Shown here in pieces: positions 50,001 to 64,000 of a DNA stretch of 64,000 nt. The position numbers were made by a program, and so were the translations under genes. Position 1 is the stretch's first letter. Each line of letters starts with the position of its first letter. Below the pieces are notes generated by a model, which did no database searches, was not told where the DNA came from, and saw only the letters and a program-made list of their open reading frames with translations. The DNA lies in contig JBHGNT010000029.1 in NCBI GenBank assembly GCA_043228905.1, positions 1 through 64,000 on the forward strand, written 5' to 3'. The stretch is from Azolla caroliniana. Taxonomy: Eukaryota > Plantae > Polypodiophyta.

Positions 50001-53000
50001 ACATTTTAATTTACTAACGCGCTCTTCTCCACTACCTCCTCAAATTTGCTAATTTCTTCATGTCTCTTGACCTGAGTTTCAAAATCTTGATTTTTTAATT
50101 CAATATTAGAGCTAGCGTTGTTAGCTTCGATTCGCATGTTTGAACACAGAAATCCGATATCACACGAGCCAGGTATGAACATTTTAATTTACAAACGTGA
50201 TCTTCTCCACTTCCTCCTCAAATTTGCTAATTTCTTCATGTCTCTGGACCTGAGTTTCAAAATCTTGTTTTTTCGATTCCATATTATAATTTACTAACGC
50301 GCTCTTCTCCACTACCTCCTCAAATTTGCAAATTTCTTCATGTCTCTCGACCTGAGTTTCAAAATCTTGATTTTTTAATTCCATATTAGAGCTAGCGTTG
50401 TTAGCTTCGAGTCGCATGTTTGAACACAGAAATCCGATATCAAACGAGCAAGGTATGAACATTTTAATTTACTGACTCGCTCTTCTCCACTTCCTCCTCA
50501 AATTTGCTAATTTCTTCATGTCTCTTGACCTGAGTTTCAAAATCTTGATTTTTTAATTCAATATTAGAGCTAGCGTTGTTAGCTTCGATTCGCATGTTTG
50601 AACACAGAAATCCGATATCACACGAGCCAGGTATGAACATTTTAATTTACAAACGTGATCTTCTCCACTTCCTCCTCAAATTTGCTAATTTCTTCATGTC
50701 TCTGGACCTGAGTTTCAAAATCTTGTTTTTTCGATTCCATATTATAATTTACTAACGCGCTCTTCTCCACTACCTCCTCAAATTTGCAAATTTCTTCATG
50801 TCTCTCGACCTGAGTTTCAAAATCTTGATTTTTTAATTCCATATCATAGCTAGCGTTGTTAGCTTCGATTCGCATGTTTAAACACAAAAATCCGATATCA
50901 CACGAGCCAGGTATGAACATTTTAATTTACTAACAGGCTCTTCTTCACTACCTCCTCAAATTTGCTAATTTCTTCATGTCTCTCGACCTGAGTTTCAAAA
51001 TCTTGATTTTTTAATTCCATATTAGAGCTAGCGTTGTTAGCTTCGATTCGCATGTTTGAACACAGAAATCCGATATCACACGAGCCAGGTATGAACATTT
51101 TAATTTACTAACGCGATCTTCTCCACTACCTCCTCAAATTTGCTAATTTCTTCATGTCTCTCGACCTGAGTTTCAAAATCTTGATTTTCTAATTCCATAT
51201 TAGAGATAGCGTTGTTAGCTTCGATTCGCATGTTTGAACACAGAAATCCGATATCACAAGAGCCAGGTATGAACATTTTAATTTACTAACGCACTCTTCT
51301 CCACTACCTCCTCAAATTTGCAAATTTCTTCATGTCTCTCGACCTGAGTTTCAAAATCTTGATTTTTTAATTCCATATTAGAGCTAGCGTTGTTAGCTTC
51401 GATTCGCATGTTTGAACACAGAAATCCGATATCACACGAGCCGGGTATGAACATTTTAATTTACAAACGCGATCTTCTCCACTACCTCCTCAAATTTGCT
51501 AATTTCTTCATGTCTCTCGACCTGAGTTTCAAAATCTTAATTTTTTAATTCAATATTAGAGATAGCGTTGTTAGCTTCGATTCGCATGTTTGAACACAGA
51601 AATCCGATATCACACGAGCTAGGTATGAACATTTTCATTTACTAACGCGCTCTCCTCCACTTCCTCCTCAAATTTGCTAATTTCTTCATGTCTCTGGACC
51701 TGAGTTTCAAAATCTTGATTTTCTAAATCCATATTAGAGATAGCGTTGTTAGCTTCGATTCGCATGTTTGAACACAGAAATCCGATATCACAAGAGCCAG
51801 GTATGAACATTTTAATTTACTAACGCACTCTTCTCCACTACCTCCTCAAATTTGCAAATTTCTTCATGTCTCTCGACCTGAGTTTCAAAATCTTGATTTT
51901 CTAATTCCATATTAGAGATAGCGTTGTTAGCTTCGATTCGCATGTTTGAACACAGAAATCCGATATCACACGAGCCGGGTATGAACATTTTAATTTACAA
52001 ACGCGATCTTCTCCACTACCTCCTCAAATTTGCTAATTTCTTCATGTCTCTCGACCTGAGTTTCAAAATCTTGTTTTTTCGATTCCATATTATAATTTAC
52101 TAACGCGCTCTTCTCCACTACCTCCTCAAATTTGCAAATTTCTTCATGTCTCTCGACCTGAGTTTCAAAATCTTGATTTTTTAATTCCATATTAGAGCTA
52201 GCGTTGTTAGCTTCGAGTCGCATGTTTGAACACAGAAATCCGATATCAAACGAGCAAGGTATGAACATTTTAATTTACTGACTCGCTCTTCTCCACTTCC
52301 TCCTCAAATTTGCTAATTTCTTCATGTCTCTTGACCTGAGTTTCAAAATCTTGATTTTTTAATTCAATATTAGAGCTAGCGTTGTTAGCTTCGATTCGCA
52401 TGTTTGAACACAGAAATCCGATATCACACGAGCCAGGTATGAACATTTTAATTTACAAACGTGATCTTCTCCACTTCCTCCTCAAATTTGCTAATTTCTT
52501 CATGTGTCTGGACCTGAGTTTCAAAATCTTGTTTTTTCGATTCCATATTATAATTTACTAACGCGCTCTTCTCCACTACCTCCTCAAATTTGCAAATTTC
52601 TTCATGTCTCTCGACCTGAGTTTCAAAATCTTGATTTTTTAATTCCATATCATAGCTAGCGTTGTTAGCTTCGATTCGCATGTTTAAACACAAAAATCCG
52701 ATATCACACGAGCCAGGTATGAACATTTTAATTTACTAACAGGCTCTTCTTCACTACCTCCTCAAATTTGCTAATTTCTTCATGTCTCTCGACCTGAGTT
52801 TCAAAATCTTGATTTTTTAATTCCATATTAGAGCTAGCGTTGTTAGCTTCGATTCGCATGTTTGAACACAGAAATCCGATATCACACGAGCCAGGTATGA
52901 ACATTTTAATTTACAAATGCGATCTTCTCCACTACCTACTCAAATTTGCTAATTTCTTCATGTCTCTCGACCTGAGTTTCAAAATCTTGATTTTCTAATT

Positions 53001-56000
53001 CCATATTAGAGATAGCGTTGTTAGCTTCGATTCGCATGTTTGAACACAGAAATCCGATATCACAAGAGCCAGGTATGAACATTTTAATTTACTAACGCAC
53101 TCTTCTCCACTACCTCCTCAAATTTACAAATTTCTTCATGTCTCTCGACCTGAGTTTCAAAATCTTGATTTTTTAATTCAATATTAGAGATAGCGTTGTT
53201 AGCTTCGATTCGCATGTTTGAACACAGAAATCCGATATCACACGAGCTAGGTATGAACATTTTCATTTACTAACGCGCTCTCCTCCACTTCCTCCTCAAA
53301 TTTGCTAATTTCTTCATGTCTCTGGACCTTAGTTTCAAAATCTTGATTTTTTAATTCCATATTAGAGATAGCGTTGTTAGCTTCGATTCGCATGTTTGAA
53401 CACAGAAATCCGATATCACACGAGCCAGGTATGAACATTTTAATTTACTAACGCGCTCTTCTCCACTACCTCCTCAAATTTGCTAATTTCTTCATGTCTC
53501 TTGACCTGAGTTTCAAAATCTTGATTTTTTAATTCAATATTAGAGCTAGCGTTGTTAGCTTCGATTCGCATGTTTGAACACAGAAATCCGATATCACACG
53601 AGCCAGGTATGAACATTTTAATTTACAAACGTGATCTTCTCCACTTCCTCCTCAAATTTGCTAATTTCTTCATGTCTCTGGACCTGAGTTTCAAAATCTT
53701 GTTTTTTCGATTCCATATTATAATTTACTAACGCGCTCTTCTCCACTACCTCCTCAAATTTGCAAATTTCTTCATGTCTCTCGACCTGAGTTTCAAAATC
53801 TTGATTTTTTAATTCCATATTAGAGCTAGCGTTGTTAGCTTCGAGTCGCATGTTTGAACACAGAAATCCGATATCAAACGAGCAAGGTATGAACATTTTA
53901 ATTTACTGACTCGCTCTTCTCCACTTCCTCCTCAAATTTGCTAATTTCTTCATGTCTCTTGACCTGAGTTTCAAAATCTTGATTTTTTAATTCAATATTA
54001 GAGCTAGCGTTGTTAGCTTCGATTCGCATGTTTGAACACAGAAATCCGATATCACACGAGCCAGGTATGAACATTTTAATTTACAAACGTGATCTTCTCC
54101 ACTTCCTCCTCAAATTTGCTAATTTCTTCATGTCTCTGGACCTGAGTTTCAAAATCTTGTTTTTTCGATTCCATATTATAATTTACTAACGCGCTCTTCT
54201 CCACTACCTCCTCAAATTTGCAAATTTCTTCATGTCTCTCGACCTGAGTTTCAAAATCTTGATTTTTTAATTCCATATCATAGCTAGCGTTGTTAGCTTC
54301 GATTCGCATGTTTAAACACAAAAATCCGATATCACACGAGCCAGGTATGAACATTTTAATTTACTAACAGGCTCTTCTTCACTACCTCCTCAAATTTGCT
54401 AATTTCTTCATGTCTCTCGACCTGAGTTTCAAAATCTTGATTTTTTAATTCCATATTAGAGCTAGCGTTGTTAGCTTCGATTCGCATGTTTGAACACAGA
54501 AATCCGATATCACACGAGCCAGGTATGAACATTTTAATTTACTAACGCGATCTTCTCCACTACCTCCTCAAATTTGCTAATTTCTTCATGTCTCTCGACC
54601 TGAGTTTCAAAATCTTGATTTTTTAATTCCATATCATAGCTAGCGTTGTTAGCTTCGATTCGCATGTTTGAACACAGAAATCCGATATCACACGAGCCAG
54701 GTATGAACATTTTAATTTACTAACGCACTCTTCTCCACTACCTCCTCAAATTTGCAAATTTCTTCATGTCTCTCGACCTGAGTTTCAAAATCTTGATTTT
54801 TTAATTCCATATTAGAGCTAGCGTTGTTAGCTTCGATTCGCATGTTTGAACACAGAAATCCGATATCACACGAGCCGGGTATGAACATTTTAATTTACAA
54901 ACGCGATCTTCTCCACTACCTCCTCAAATTTGCTAATTTCTTCATGTCTCTCGACCTGAGTTTCAAAATCTTAATTTTTTAATTCAATATTAGAGATAGC
55001 GTTGTTAGCTTCGATTCGCATGTTTGAACACAGAAATCCGATATCACACGAGCTAGGTATGAACATTTTCATTTACTAACGCGCTCTCCTCCACTTCCTC
55101 CTCAAATTTGCTAATTTCTTCATGTCTCTGGACCTGAGTTTCAAAATCTTGATTTTTTAATTCCATATTAGAGATAGCGTTGTTAGCTTCGATTCGCATG
55201 TTTGAACACAGAAATCCGATATCCCACGAGCCAGGTATGAACATTTTAATTTACTAACGCGCTCTTCTCCACTTCCTCCTCAAATTTGCTAATTTCTTCA
55301 TGTCTCTCGACGTGAGTTTCAAAATCTTGATTTTTTAATTCCATATTAGAGATAGCGTTGTTAGCTTCGATTCGCATGTTTGAACACAGAAATCCGATAT
55401 CACACGAGCCAGGTATGAACATTTTCATTTACTAACGCGCTCTTCTCCACTTCCTCCTCAAATTTGCTAATTTCTTCATGTCTCTGGACCTGAGTTTCAA
55501 AATCTTGATTTTTGAATTCCATATTAGAGATAGCGTTGTTAGCTTCGATTCGCATGTTTGAACACAGAAATCCGATATCACACGAGCCAGGTATGAACAT
55601 TTTAATTTACTAACGCGCTCTTCTCCACTTCCTCCTCAAATTTGCTAATTTCTTCATGTCTCTCGACGTGAGTTTCAAAAGCTTGATTTTTTAATTCCAT
55701 ATTAGAGATAGCGTTGTTAGCTTCGATTCGCATGTTTGAACACAGAAATCCGATATCACACGAGCCAGGTATGAAACTTTTCATTTACTAACGCGCTCTT
55801 CTCCACTTCCTCCTCAAATTTGCTAATTTCTTCATGTCTCTGGACCTGAGTTTCAAAATCTTGATTTTTGAATTCCATATTAGAGATAGCGTTGTTAGCT
55901 TCGATTCGCATGTTTGAACACAGAAATCCGATATCACACGAGCCAGGTATGAACATTTTAATTTACTAACACGCTCTTCTCCACTTCCTCCTCAAATTTG

Positions 56001-59000
56001 CTAATTTCTTCATGTCTCTGGACCTGAGTTTCAAAATCTTGATTTTTGAATTCCATATTAGAGCTAGCGTTGTTAGGTTTGATTTGCATGTTTGAACACA
56101 GAAATCCGATATCACACGAGCCAGGTATGAACATTTTAATTTACTAACGCGCTCTTCTCCACTTCCTCCTCAAATTTGCTAATTTATTCATGTCTCTCGA
56201 CGTGAGTTTCAAAATCTTGATTTTTTAATTCCATATTAGAGATAGCGTTGTTAGCTTCGATTCGCATGTTTGAACACAGAAATCCGATATCACACGAGCC
56301 AGGTATGAACATTTTCATTTACTAACGCGCTCTTCTCCACTTCCTCCTCAAATTTGCTAATTTCTTCATGTCTCTCGACCTGAGTTTCAAAATCTTGATT
56401 TTTGAATTCCATATTAGAGCTAGCGTTGTTAGGTTGGATTCGTATGTTTGAACACAGAAATCCGATATCACACGAGCCAGGTATGAACATTTTAATTTAC
56501 TAACGCGCTCTTCTCCACTACCTCCTCAAATTTGCTAATTTATTCATGTCTCTCGAGCTGAGTTTTAAAATCTTGATTTTGTAATTCCATATCATAGCTA
56601 GCGTTGTTAGCTTCGATTCGCATGTTTGAACACCGAAATCCGATATCACACGAGCCAGGTATGAACATTTTAATTTACTGACTCGTTCTTCTCAACTTCC
56701 TCCTCAAATATGCTAGTTTCTTCATGTCTCTCGACCTGAGTTTCAAAATCTTGATTTTTTAATTCGATATTAGAGCTAGCGTTGTTAGCTTCGAGTCGCA
56801 TGTTTGAACACAGAAATCCGATATCAAACGAGCAAGGTATGAACATTTTAATTTACTGACTCGCTCTTCTCCACTTCCTCCTCAAATTTGCTAATTTCTT
56901 CATGTCTCTTGACCTGAGTTTCAAAATCTTGATTTTTTAATTCAATATTAGAGCTAGCGTTGTTAGCTTCGATTCGCATGTTTGAACACAGAAATCCGAT
57001 ATCACACGAGCCAGGTATGAACATTTTAATTTACAAACGTGATCTTCTCCACTTCCTCCTCAAATTTGCTAATTTCTTCATGTCTCTGGACCTGAGTTTC
57101 AAAATCTTGTTTTTTCGATTCCATATTATAATTTACTAACGCGCTCTTCTCCACTACCTCCTCAAATTTGCAAATTTCTTCATGTCTCTCGACCTGAGTT
57201 TCAAAATCTTGATTTTTTAATTCCATATCATAGCTAGCGTTGTTAGCTTCGATTCGCATGTTTAAACACAAAAATCCGATATCACACGAGCCAGGTATGA
57301 ACATTTTAATTTACTAACAGGCTCTTCTTCACTACCTCCTCAAATTTGCTAATTTCTTCATGTCTCTCGACCTGAGTTTCAAAATCTTGATTTTTTAATT
57401 CCATATTAGAGCTAGCGTTGTTAGCTTCGATTCGCATGTTTGAACACAGAAATCCGATATCACACGAGCCAGGTATGAACATTTTAATTTAGTAACACGC
57501 TCTTCTCCACTTCCTCCTCAAATTTGCTAATTTCTTCATGTCTCTGGACCGGAGTTTCAAAATCTTGATTTTTGAATTCCATATTAGAGCTAGCGTTGTT
57601 AGGTTTGATTCGCATGTTTAAACACAGAAATCCGATATCACAAGAGCCAGGTATGAACATTTTAATTTACTAACGCACTCTTCTCCACTACCTCCTCAAA
57701 TTTGCAAATTTCTTCATATCTCTCGACCTGAGTTTCAAAATCTTGATTTTTTAATTCCATATTAGAGCTAGCGTTGTTAGCTTCGATTCGCATGTTTGAA
57801 CACAGAAATCCGATATCACACGAGCCGGGTATGAACATTTTAATTTACAAACGCGATCTTCTCCACTACCTCCTCAAATTTGCTAATTTATTCATGTCTC
57901 TCGAGCTGAGTTTTAAAATCTTGATTTTGTAATTCCATATCATAGCTAGCGTTGTTAGCTTCGATTCGCATGTTTAAACACAAAAATCCGATATCACACG
58001 AGCCAGGTATGAACATTTTAATTTACTAACAGGCTCTTTTTCACTACCTCCTCAAATTTGCTAATTTCTTCATGTCTCTCGACGTGAGTTTCAAAATCTT
58101 GATTTTTTAATTCCATATTAGAGCTAGCGTTGTTAGCTTCGATTCGCATGTTTGAACACAGAAATCCGATATCACACGAGCCAGGTATGAACATTTTAAT
58201 TTACAAACGCGATCTTCTCCACTACCTCCTCAAATTTGCTAATTTCTTCATGTCTCTCGACCTGAGTTTCAAAATCTTGATTTTCTAATTCCATATTAGA
58301 GATAGCGTTGTTAGCTTCGATTCGCATGTTTGAACACAGATATCCGATATCACAAGAGCCAGGTATGAACATTTTAATTTACTAACGCACTCTTCTCCAC
58401 TACCTCCTCAAATTTGCAAATTTCTTCATGTCTCTCGACCTGAGTTTCAAAATCTTGATTTTTTAATTCCATATTAGAGCTAGCGTTGTTAGCTTCGATT
58501 CGCATGTTTGAACACAGAAATCCGATATCACACGAGCCGGGTATGAACATTTTAATTTACAAACGCGATCTTCTCCACTACCTCCTCAAATTTGCTAATT
58601 TCTTCATGTCTCTCGACCTGAGTTTCAAAATCTTGATTTTTTAATTCAATATTAGAGATAGCGTTGTTAGCTTCGATTCGCATGTTTGAACACAGAAATC
58701 CGATATCCCACGAGCCAGGTATGAACATTTTAATTTACTAACGCGCTCTTCTCCACTTCCTCCTCAAATTTGCTAATTTCTTCATGTCTCTCGACGTGAG
58801 TTTCAAAATCTTGATTTTTTAATTCCATATTAGAGATAGCGTTGTTAGCTTCGATTCGCATGTTTGAACACAGAAATCCGATATCACACGAGCCAGGTAT
58901 GAACATTTTCATTTACTAACGCGCTCTTCTCCACTTCCTCCTCAAATTTGCTAATTTCTTCATGTCTCTGGACCTGAGTTTCAAAATCTTGATTTTTGAA

Positions 59001-62000
59001 TTCCATATTAGAGATAGCGTTGTTAGCTTCGATTCGCATGTTTGAACACAGAAATCCGATATCACACGAGCCAGGTATGAACATTTTAATTTACTAACAC
59101 GCTCTTCTCCACTTCCTCCTCAAATTTGCTAATTTCTTCATGTCTCTGGACCTGAGTTTCAAAATCTTGATTTTTTAATTCCATATTAGAGCTAGCATTG
59201 TTAGCTTCGAGTCGCATGTTTGAACACAGAAATCCGATATCAAACGAGCAAGGTATGAACATTTTAATTTACTGACTCGCTCTTCTCCACTTCCTCCTCA
59301 AATTTGCTAATTTCTTCATGTCTCTTGACCTGAGTTTCAAAATCTTGATTTTTTAATTCAATATTAGAGCTAGCGTTGTTAGCTTCGATTCGCATGTTTG
59401 AACACAGAAATCCGATATCACACGAGCCAGGTATGAACATTTTAATTTACAAACGTGATCTTCTCCACTTCCTCCTCAAATTTGCTAATTTCTTCATGTC
59501 TCTGGACCTGAGTTTCAAAATCTTGTTTTTTCGATTCCATATTATAATTTACTAACGCGCTCTTCTCCACTACCTCCTCAAATTTGCAAATTTCTTCATG
59601 TCTCTCGACCTGAGTTTCAAAATCTTGATTTTTTAATTCCATATCATAGCTAGCGTTGTTAGCTTCGATTCGCATGTTTAAACACAAAAATCCGATATCA
59701 CACGAGCCAGGTATGAACATTTTAATTTACTAACAGGCTCTTCTTCACTACCTCCTCAAATTTGCTAATTTCTTCATGTCTCTCGACCTGAGTTTCAAAA
59801 TCTTGATTTTTTAATTCCATATTAGAGCTAGCGTTGTTAGCTTCGATTCGCATGTTTGAACACAGAAATCCGATATCACACGAGCCAGGTATGAACATTT
59901 TAATTTACAAACGCGATCTTCTCCACTACCTCCTCAAATTTGCTAATTTCTTCATGTCTCTCGACCTGAGTTTCAAAATCTTGATTTTCTAATTCCATAT
60001 TAGAGATAGCGTTGTTAGCTTCGATTCGCATGTTTGAACACAGAAATCCGATATCACAAGAGCCAGGTATGAACATTTTAATTTACTAACGCACTCTTCT
60101 CCACTACCTCCTCAAATTTGCAAATTTCTTCATGTCTCTCGACCTGAGTTTCAAAATCTTGATTTTTTAATTCCATATTAGAGCTAGCGTTGTTAGCTTC
60201 GATTCGCATGTTTGAACACAGAAATCCGATATCACACGAGCCGGGTATGAACATTTTAATTTACAAACGCGATCTTCTCCACTACCTCCTCAAATTTGCT
60301 AATTTCTTCATGTCTCTCGACCTGAGTTTCAAAATCTTGATTTTTTAATTCAATATTAGAGATAGCGTTGTTAGCTTCGATTCGCATGTTTGAACACAGA
60401 AATCCGATATCACACGAGCTAGGTATGAACATTTTCATTTACTAACGCGCTCTCCTCCACTTCCTCCTCAAATTTGCTAATTTCTTCATGTCTCTGGACC
60501 TGAGTTTCAAAATCTTGATTTTTTAATTCCATATTAGAGATAGCGTTGTTAGCTTCGATTCGCATGTTTGAACACAGAAATCCGATATCACACGAGCCAG
60601 GTATGAACATTTTAATTTACTAACGCGCTCTTCTCCACTTCCTCCTCAAATTTGCTAATTTCTTCATGTCTCTCGACGTGAGTTTCAAAATCTTGATTTT
60701 TTAATTCCATATTAGAGATAGCGTTGTTAGCTTCGATTCGCATGTTTGAACACAGAAATCCGATATCACACGAGCCAGGTATGAACATTTTAATTTACAA
60801 ACGCGATCTTCTCCACTACCTCCTCAAATTTGCTAATTTCTTCATGTCTCTCGACCTGAGTTTCAAAATCTTGATTTTCTAATTCCATATTAGAGATAGC
60901 GTTGTTAGCTTCGATTCGCATGTTTGAACACAGAAATCCGATATCACAAGAGCCAGGTATGAACATTTTAATTTACTAACGCACTCTTCTCCACTACCTC
61001 CTCAAATTTGCAAATTTCTTCATGTCTCTCGACCTGAGTTTCAAAATCTTGATTTTTTAATTCCATATTAGAGCTAGCGTTGTTAGCTTCGATTCGCATG
61101 TTTGAACACAGAAATCCGATATCACACGAGCCGGGTATGAACATTTTAATTTACAAACGCGATCTTCTCCACTACCTCCTCAAATTTGCTAATTTCTTCA
61201 TGTCTCTCGACCTGAGTTTCAAAATCTTGATTTTTTAATTCAATATTAGAGATAGCGTTGTTAGCTTCGATTCGCATGTTTGAACAGAGAAATCCGATAT
61301 CACACGAGCTAGGTATGAACATTTTCATTTACTAACGCGCTCTCCTCCACTTCCTCCTCAAATTTGCTAATTTCTTCATGTCTCTGGACCTGAGTTACAA
61401 AATCTTGATTTTTTAATTCCATATTAGAGATAGCGTTGTTAGCTTCGATTCGCATGTTTGAACACAGAAATCCGATATCACACGAGCCAGGTATGAACAT
61501 TTTAATTTACTAACGCGCTCTTCTCCACTTCCTCCTCAAATTTGCTAATTTCTTCATGTCTCTCGACCTGAGTTTCAAAATCTTGATTTTTTAATTCCAT
61601 ATTAGAGATAGCGTTGTTAGCTTCGATTCGCATGTTTGAACACAGAAATCCGATATCACACGAGCTAGGTATGAACATTTTCATTTACTAACGCGCTCTC
61701 CTCCACTTCCTCCTCAAATTTGCAAATTTCTTCATGTCTCTGGACCTGAGTTACAAAATCTTGATTTTTTAATTCCATATTAGAGATAGCGTTGTTAGCT
61801 TCGATTCGCATGTTTGAACACAGAAATCCGATATCACGCGAGCCAGGTATGAACATTTTAATTTACTAACGCGCTCTTCTCCACTTCCTCCTCAAATTTG
61901 CTAATTTCTTCATGTCTCTCGACGTGAGTTTCAAAATCTTGATTTTTTAATTCCATATTAGAGATAGCGTCGTTAGCTTCGATTCGCATGTTTGAACACA

Positions 62001-64000
62001 GAAATCCGATATCACACGAGCCAGGTATGAACATTTTCATTTACTAACGCGCTCTTCTCCACTTCCTCCTCAAATTTGCTAATTTCTTCATGTCTCTGGA
62101 CCTGAGTTTCAAAATCTTGATTTTTGAATTCCATATTAGAGATAGCGTTGTTAGCTTCGATTCGCATGTTTGAACACAGAAATCCGATATCACACGAGCC
62201 AGGTATGAACATTTTAATTTAGTAACACGCTCTTCTCCACTTCCTCCTCAAATTTGCTAATTTCTTCATGTCTCTGGAGCTGAGTTTCAAAATCTTGATT
62301 TTTGAATTCCATATTAGAGCTAGCGTTGTTAGGTTTGATTCGCATGTTTGAACACAGAAATCCGATATCACACGAGCCAGGTATGAACATTTTAATTTAC
62401 TAACGCGCTCTTCTCCACTTCCTCCTCAAATTTGCTAATTTCTTCATGTCTCTCGACGTGAGTTTCAAAATCTTGATTTTTTAATTCCATATTAGAGATA
62501 GCGTTGTTAGCTTCGATTCGCATGTTTGAACACAGAAATCCGATATCACACGAGCCAGGTATGAACATTTTCATTTACTAACGCGCTCTTCTCCACTTCC
62601 TCCTCAAATTTGCTAATTTCTTCATGTCTCTGGACCTGAGTTTCAAAATCTTGATTTTTTAATTCCAGATTAGAGATAGCGTTGTTAGCTTCGATTCGCA
62701 TGTTTGAACACAGAAATCCGATATCACACGAGCCAGGTATGAACATTTTAATTTACAAACGCGATCTTCTCCACTACCTCCTCAAATTTGCTAATTTCTT
62801 CATGTCTCTCGACCTGAGTTTCAAAATCTTGATTTTCTAATTCCATATTAGAGATAGCGTTGTTAGCTTCGATTCGCATGTTTGAACACAGAAATCCGAT
62901 ATCACACGAGCCAGGTATGAACATTTTCATTTACTAACGCGCTCTTCTCCACTTCCTCCTCAAATTTGCTAATTTCTTCATGTCTCTCGACCTGAGTTTC
63001 AAAATCTTGATTTTCTAATTCCATATTAGAGATAGCGTTGTTAGCTTCGATTCGCATGTTCGAACACAGAAATCCGATATCACAAGAGCCAGGTATGAAC
63101 ATTTTAATTTACTAACGCACTCTTCTCCACTACCTCCTCAAATTTGCAAATTTCTTCATGTCTCTCGACCTGAGTTTCAAAATCTTGATTTTTTAATTCC
63201 ATATTAGAGCTAGCGTTGTTAGCTTCGATTCGCATGTTTGAACACAGAAATCCGATATCACACGAGCCAGGTATGAACATTTTAATTTACAAACGTGATC
63301 TTCTCCACTTCCTCCTCAAATTTGCTAATTTCTTCATGTCTCTGGACCTGAGTTTCAAAATCTTGTTTTTTCGATTCCATATTATAATTTACTAACGCGC
63401 TCTTCTCCACTACCTCCTCAAATTTGCAAATTTCTTCATGTCTCTCGACCTGAGTTTCAAAATCTTGATTTTTTAATTCCATATTATAGCTAGCGTTGTT
63501 AGCTTCGATTCGCATGTTTAAACACAAAAATCCGATATCACACGAGCCAGGTATGAACATTTTAATTTACTAACAGGCTCTTCTTCACTACCTCCTCAAA
63601 TTTGCTAATTTGTTCATGTCTCTCGACCTGAGTTTCAAAATCTTGATTTTTTAACTCCATATTAGAGCTAGCGTTGTTAGCTTCGATTCGCATGTTTGAA
63701 CACAGAAATCCGATATCACACGAGCCAGGTATGAACATTTTAATTTACAAACGCGATCTTCTCCACTACCTCCTCAAATTTGCTAATTTCTTCATGTCTC
63801 TCGACCTGAGTTTCAAAATCTTGATTTTCTAATTCCATATTAGAGATAGCGTTGTTAGCTTCGATTCGCATGTTTGAACACAGAAATCCGATATCACAAG
63901 AGCCAGGTATGAACATTTTAATTTACTAACGCACTCTTCTCCACTACCTCCTCAAATTTGGAAATTTCTTCATGTCTCTCGACCTGAGTTTCAAAATCTT
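29035..64000 (+). repeat. 178-bp tandem satellite array, ~200 units, single orientation, continuing beyond the window; candidate centromeric satellite
   Basis: Consensus TAATTTACTAACGCGCTCTTCTCCACTTCCTCCTCAAATTTGCTAATTTCTTCATGTCTCTCGACCTGAGTTTCAAAATCTTGATTTTTTAATTCCATATTAGAGATAGCGTTGTTAGCTTCGATTCGCATGTTTGAACACAGAAATCCGATATCACACGAGCCAGGTATGAACATTT. ORF-track offsets are multiples of 178 (e.g. 29205 to 29917 = 4x178). Confidence 0.99.

Noticed and set aside
29035-64000. CRISPR array or tandem gene family suggested by the many repeated 60-92 aa ORFs
   Set aside because: Units are repeated over their full length with no unique spacers and no cas genes. The listed ORFs are by-products of satellite variants, with no promoters or introns.
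29035-64000. Identity with Arabidopsis CEN178, 5S rDNA or a CENP-B box
   Set aside because: Only the length matches. I recognise no such sequence motifs in the monomer.

Overview
Plant-like, gene-free heterochromatin in two parts. 1-29034 is a dense nest of degenerate LTR retrotransposons. It holds at least 7 copies or fragments of related Ty1/Copia elements, two non-chromodomain Ty3/Gypsy elements, one chromodomain Gypsy (Tcn1-like) with a perfect 5-bp TSD but a rearranged 5' end, a solo LTR and a non-autonomous hAT-like element. 29035-64000 is an uninterrupted head-to-tail array of about 200 units of a 178-bp satellite. The array contains a recurrent 102-bp deletion monomer and nested higher-order repeats (356, 458, 890, 1246, 1602, 3434 and 6510-7044 bp). 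The layout suggests a centromere or pericentromere edge, probably in a non-seed plant (inference). The most unusual observations are: (i) a conserved in-frame C-terminal extension of the Copia polyprotein after RNase H, bracketed by two PPT-like copies; (ii) an apparent 2-LTR-circle junction captured inside the chromovirus; (iii) tRNA-like A/B-box modules inside two different LTRs; (iv) a five-deep nesting with predictable TSDs upstream. No intact host gene was seen.
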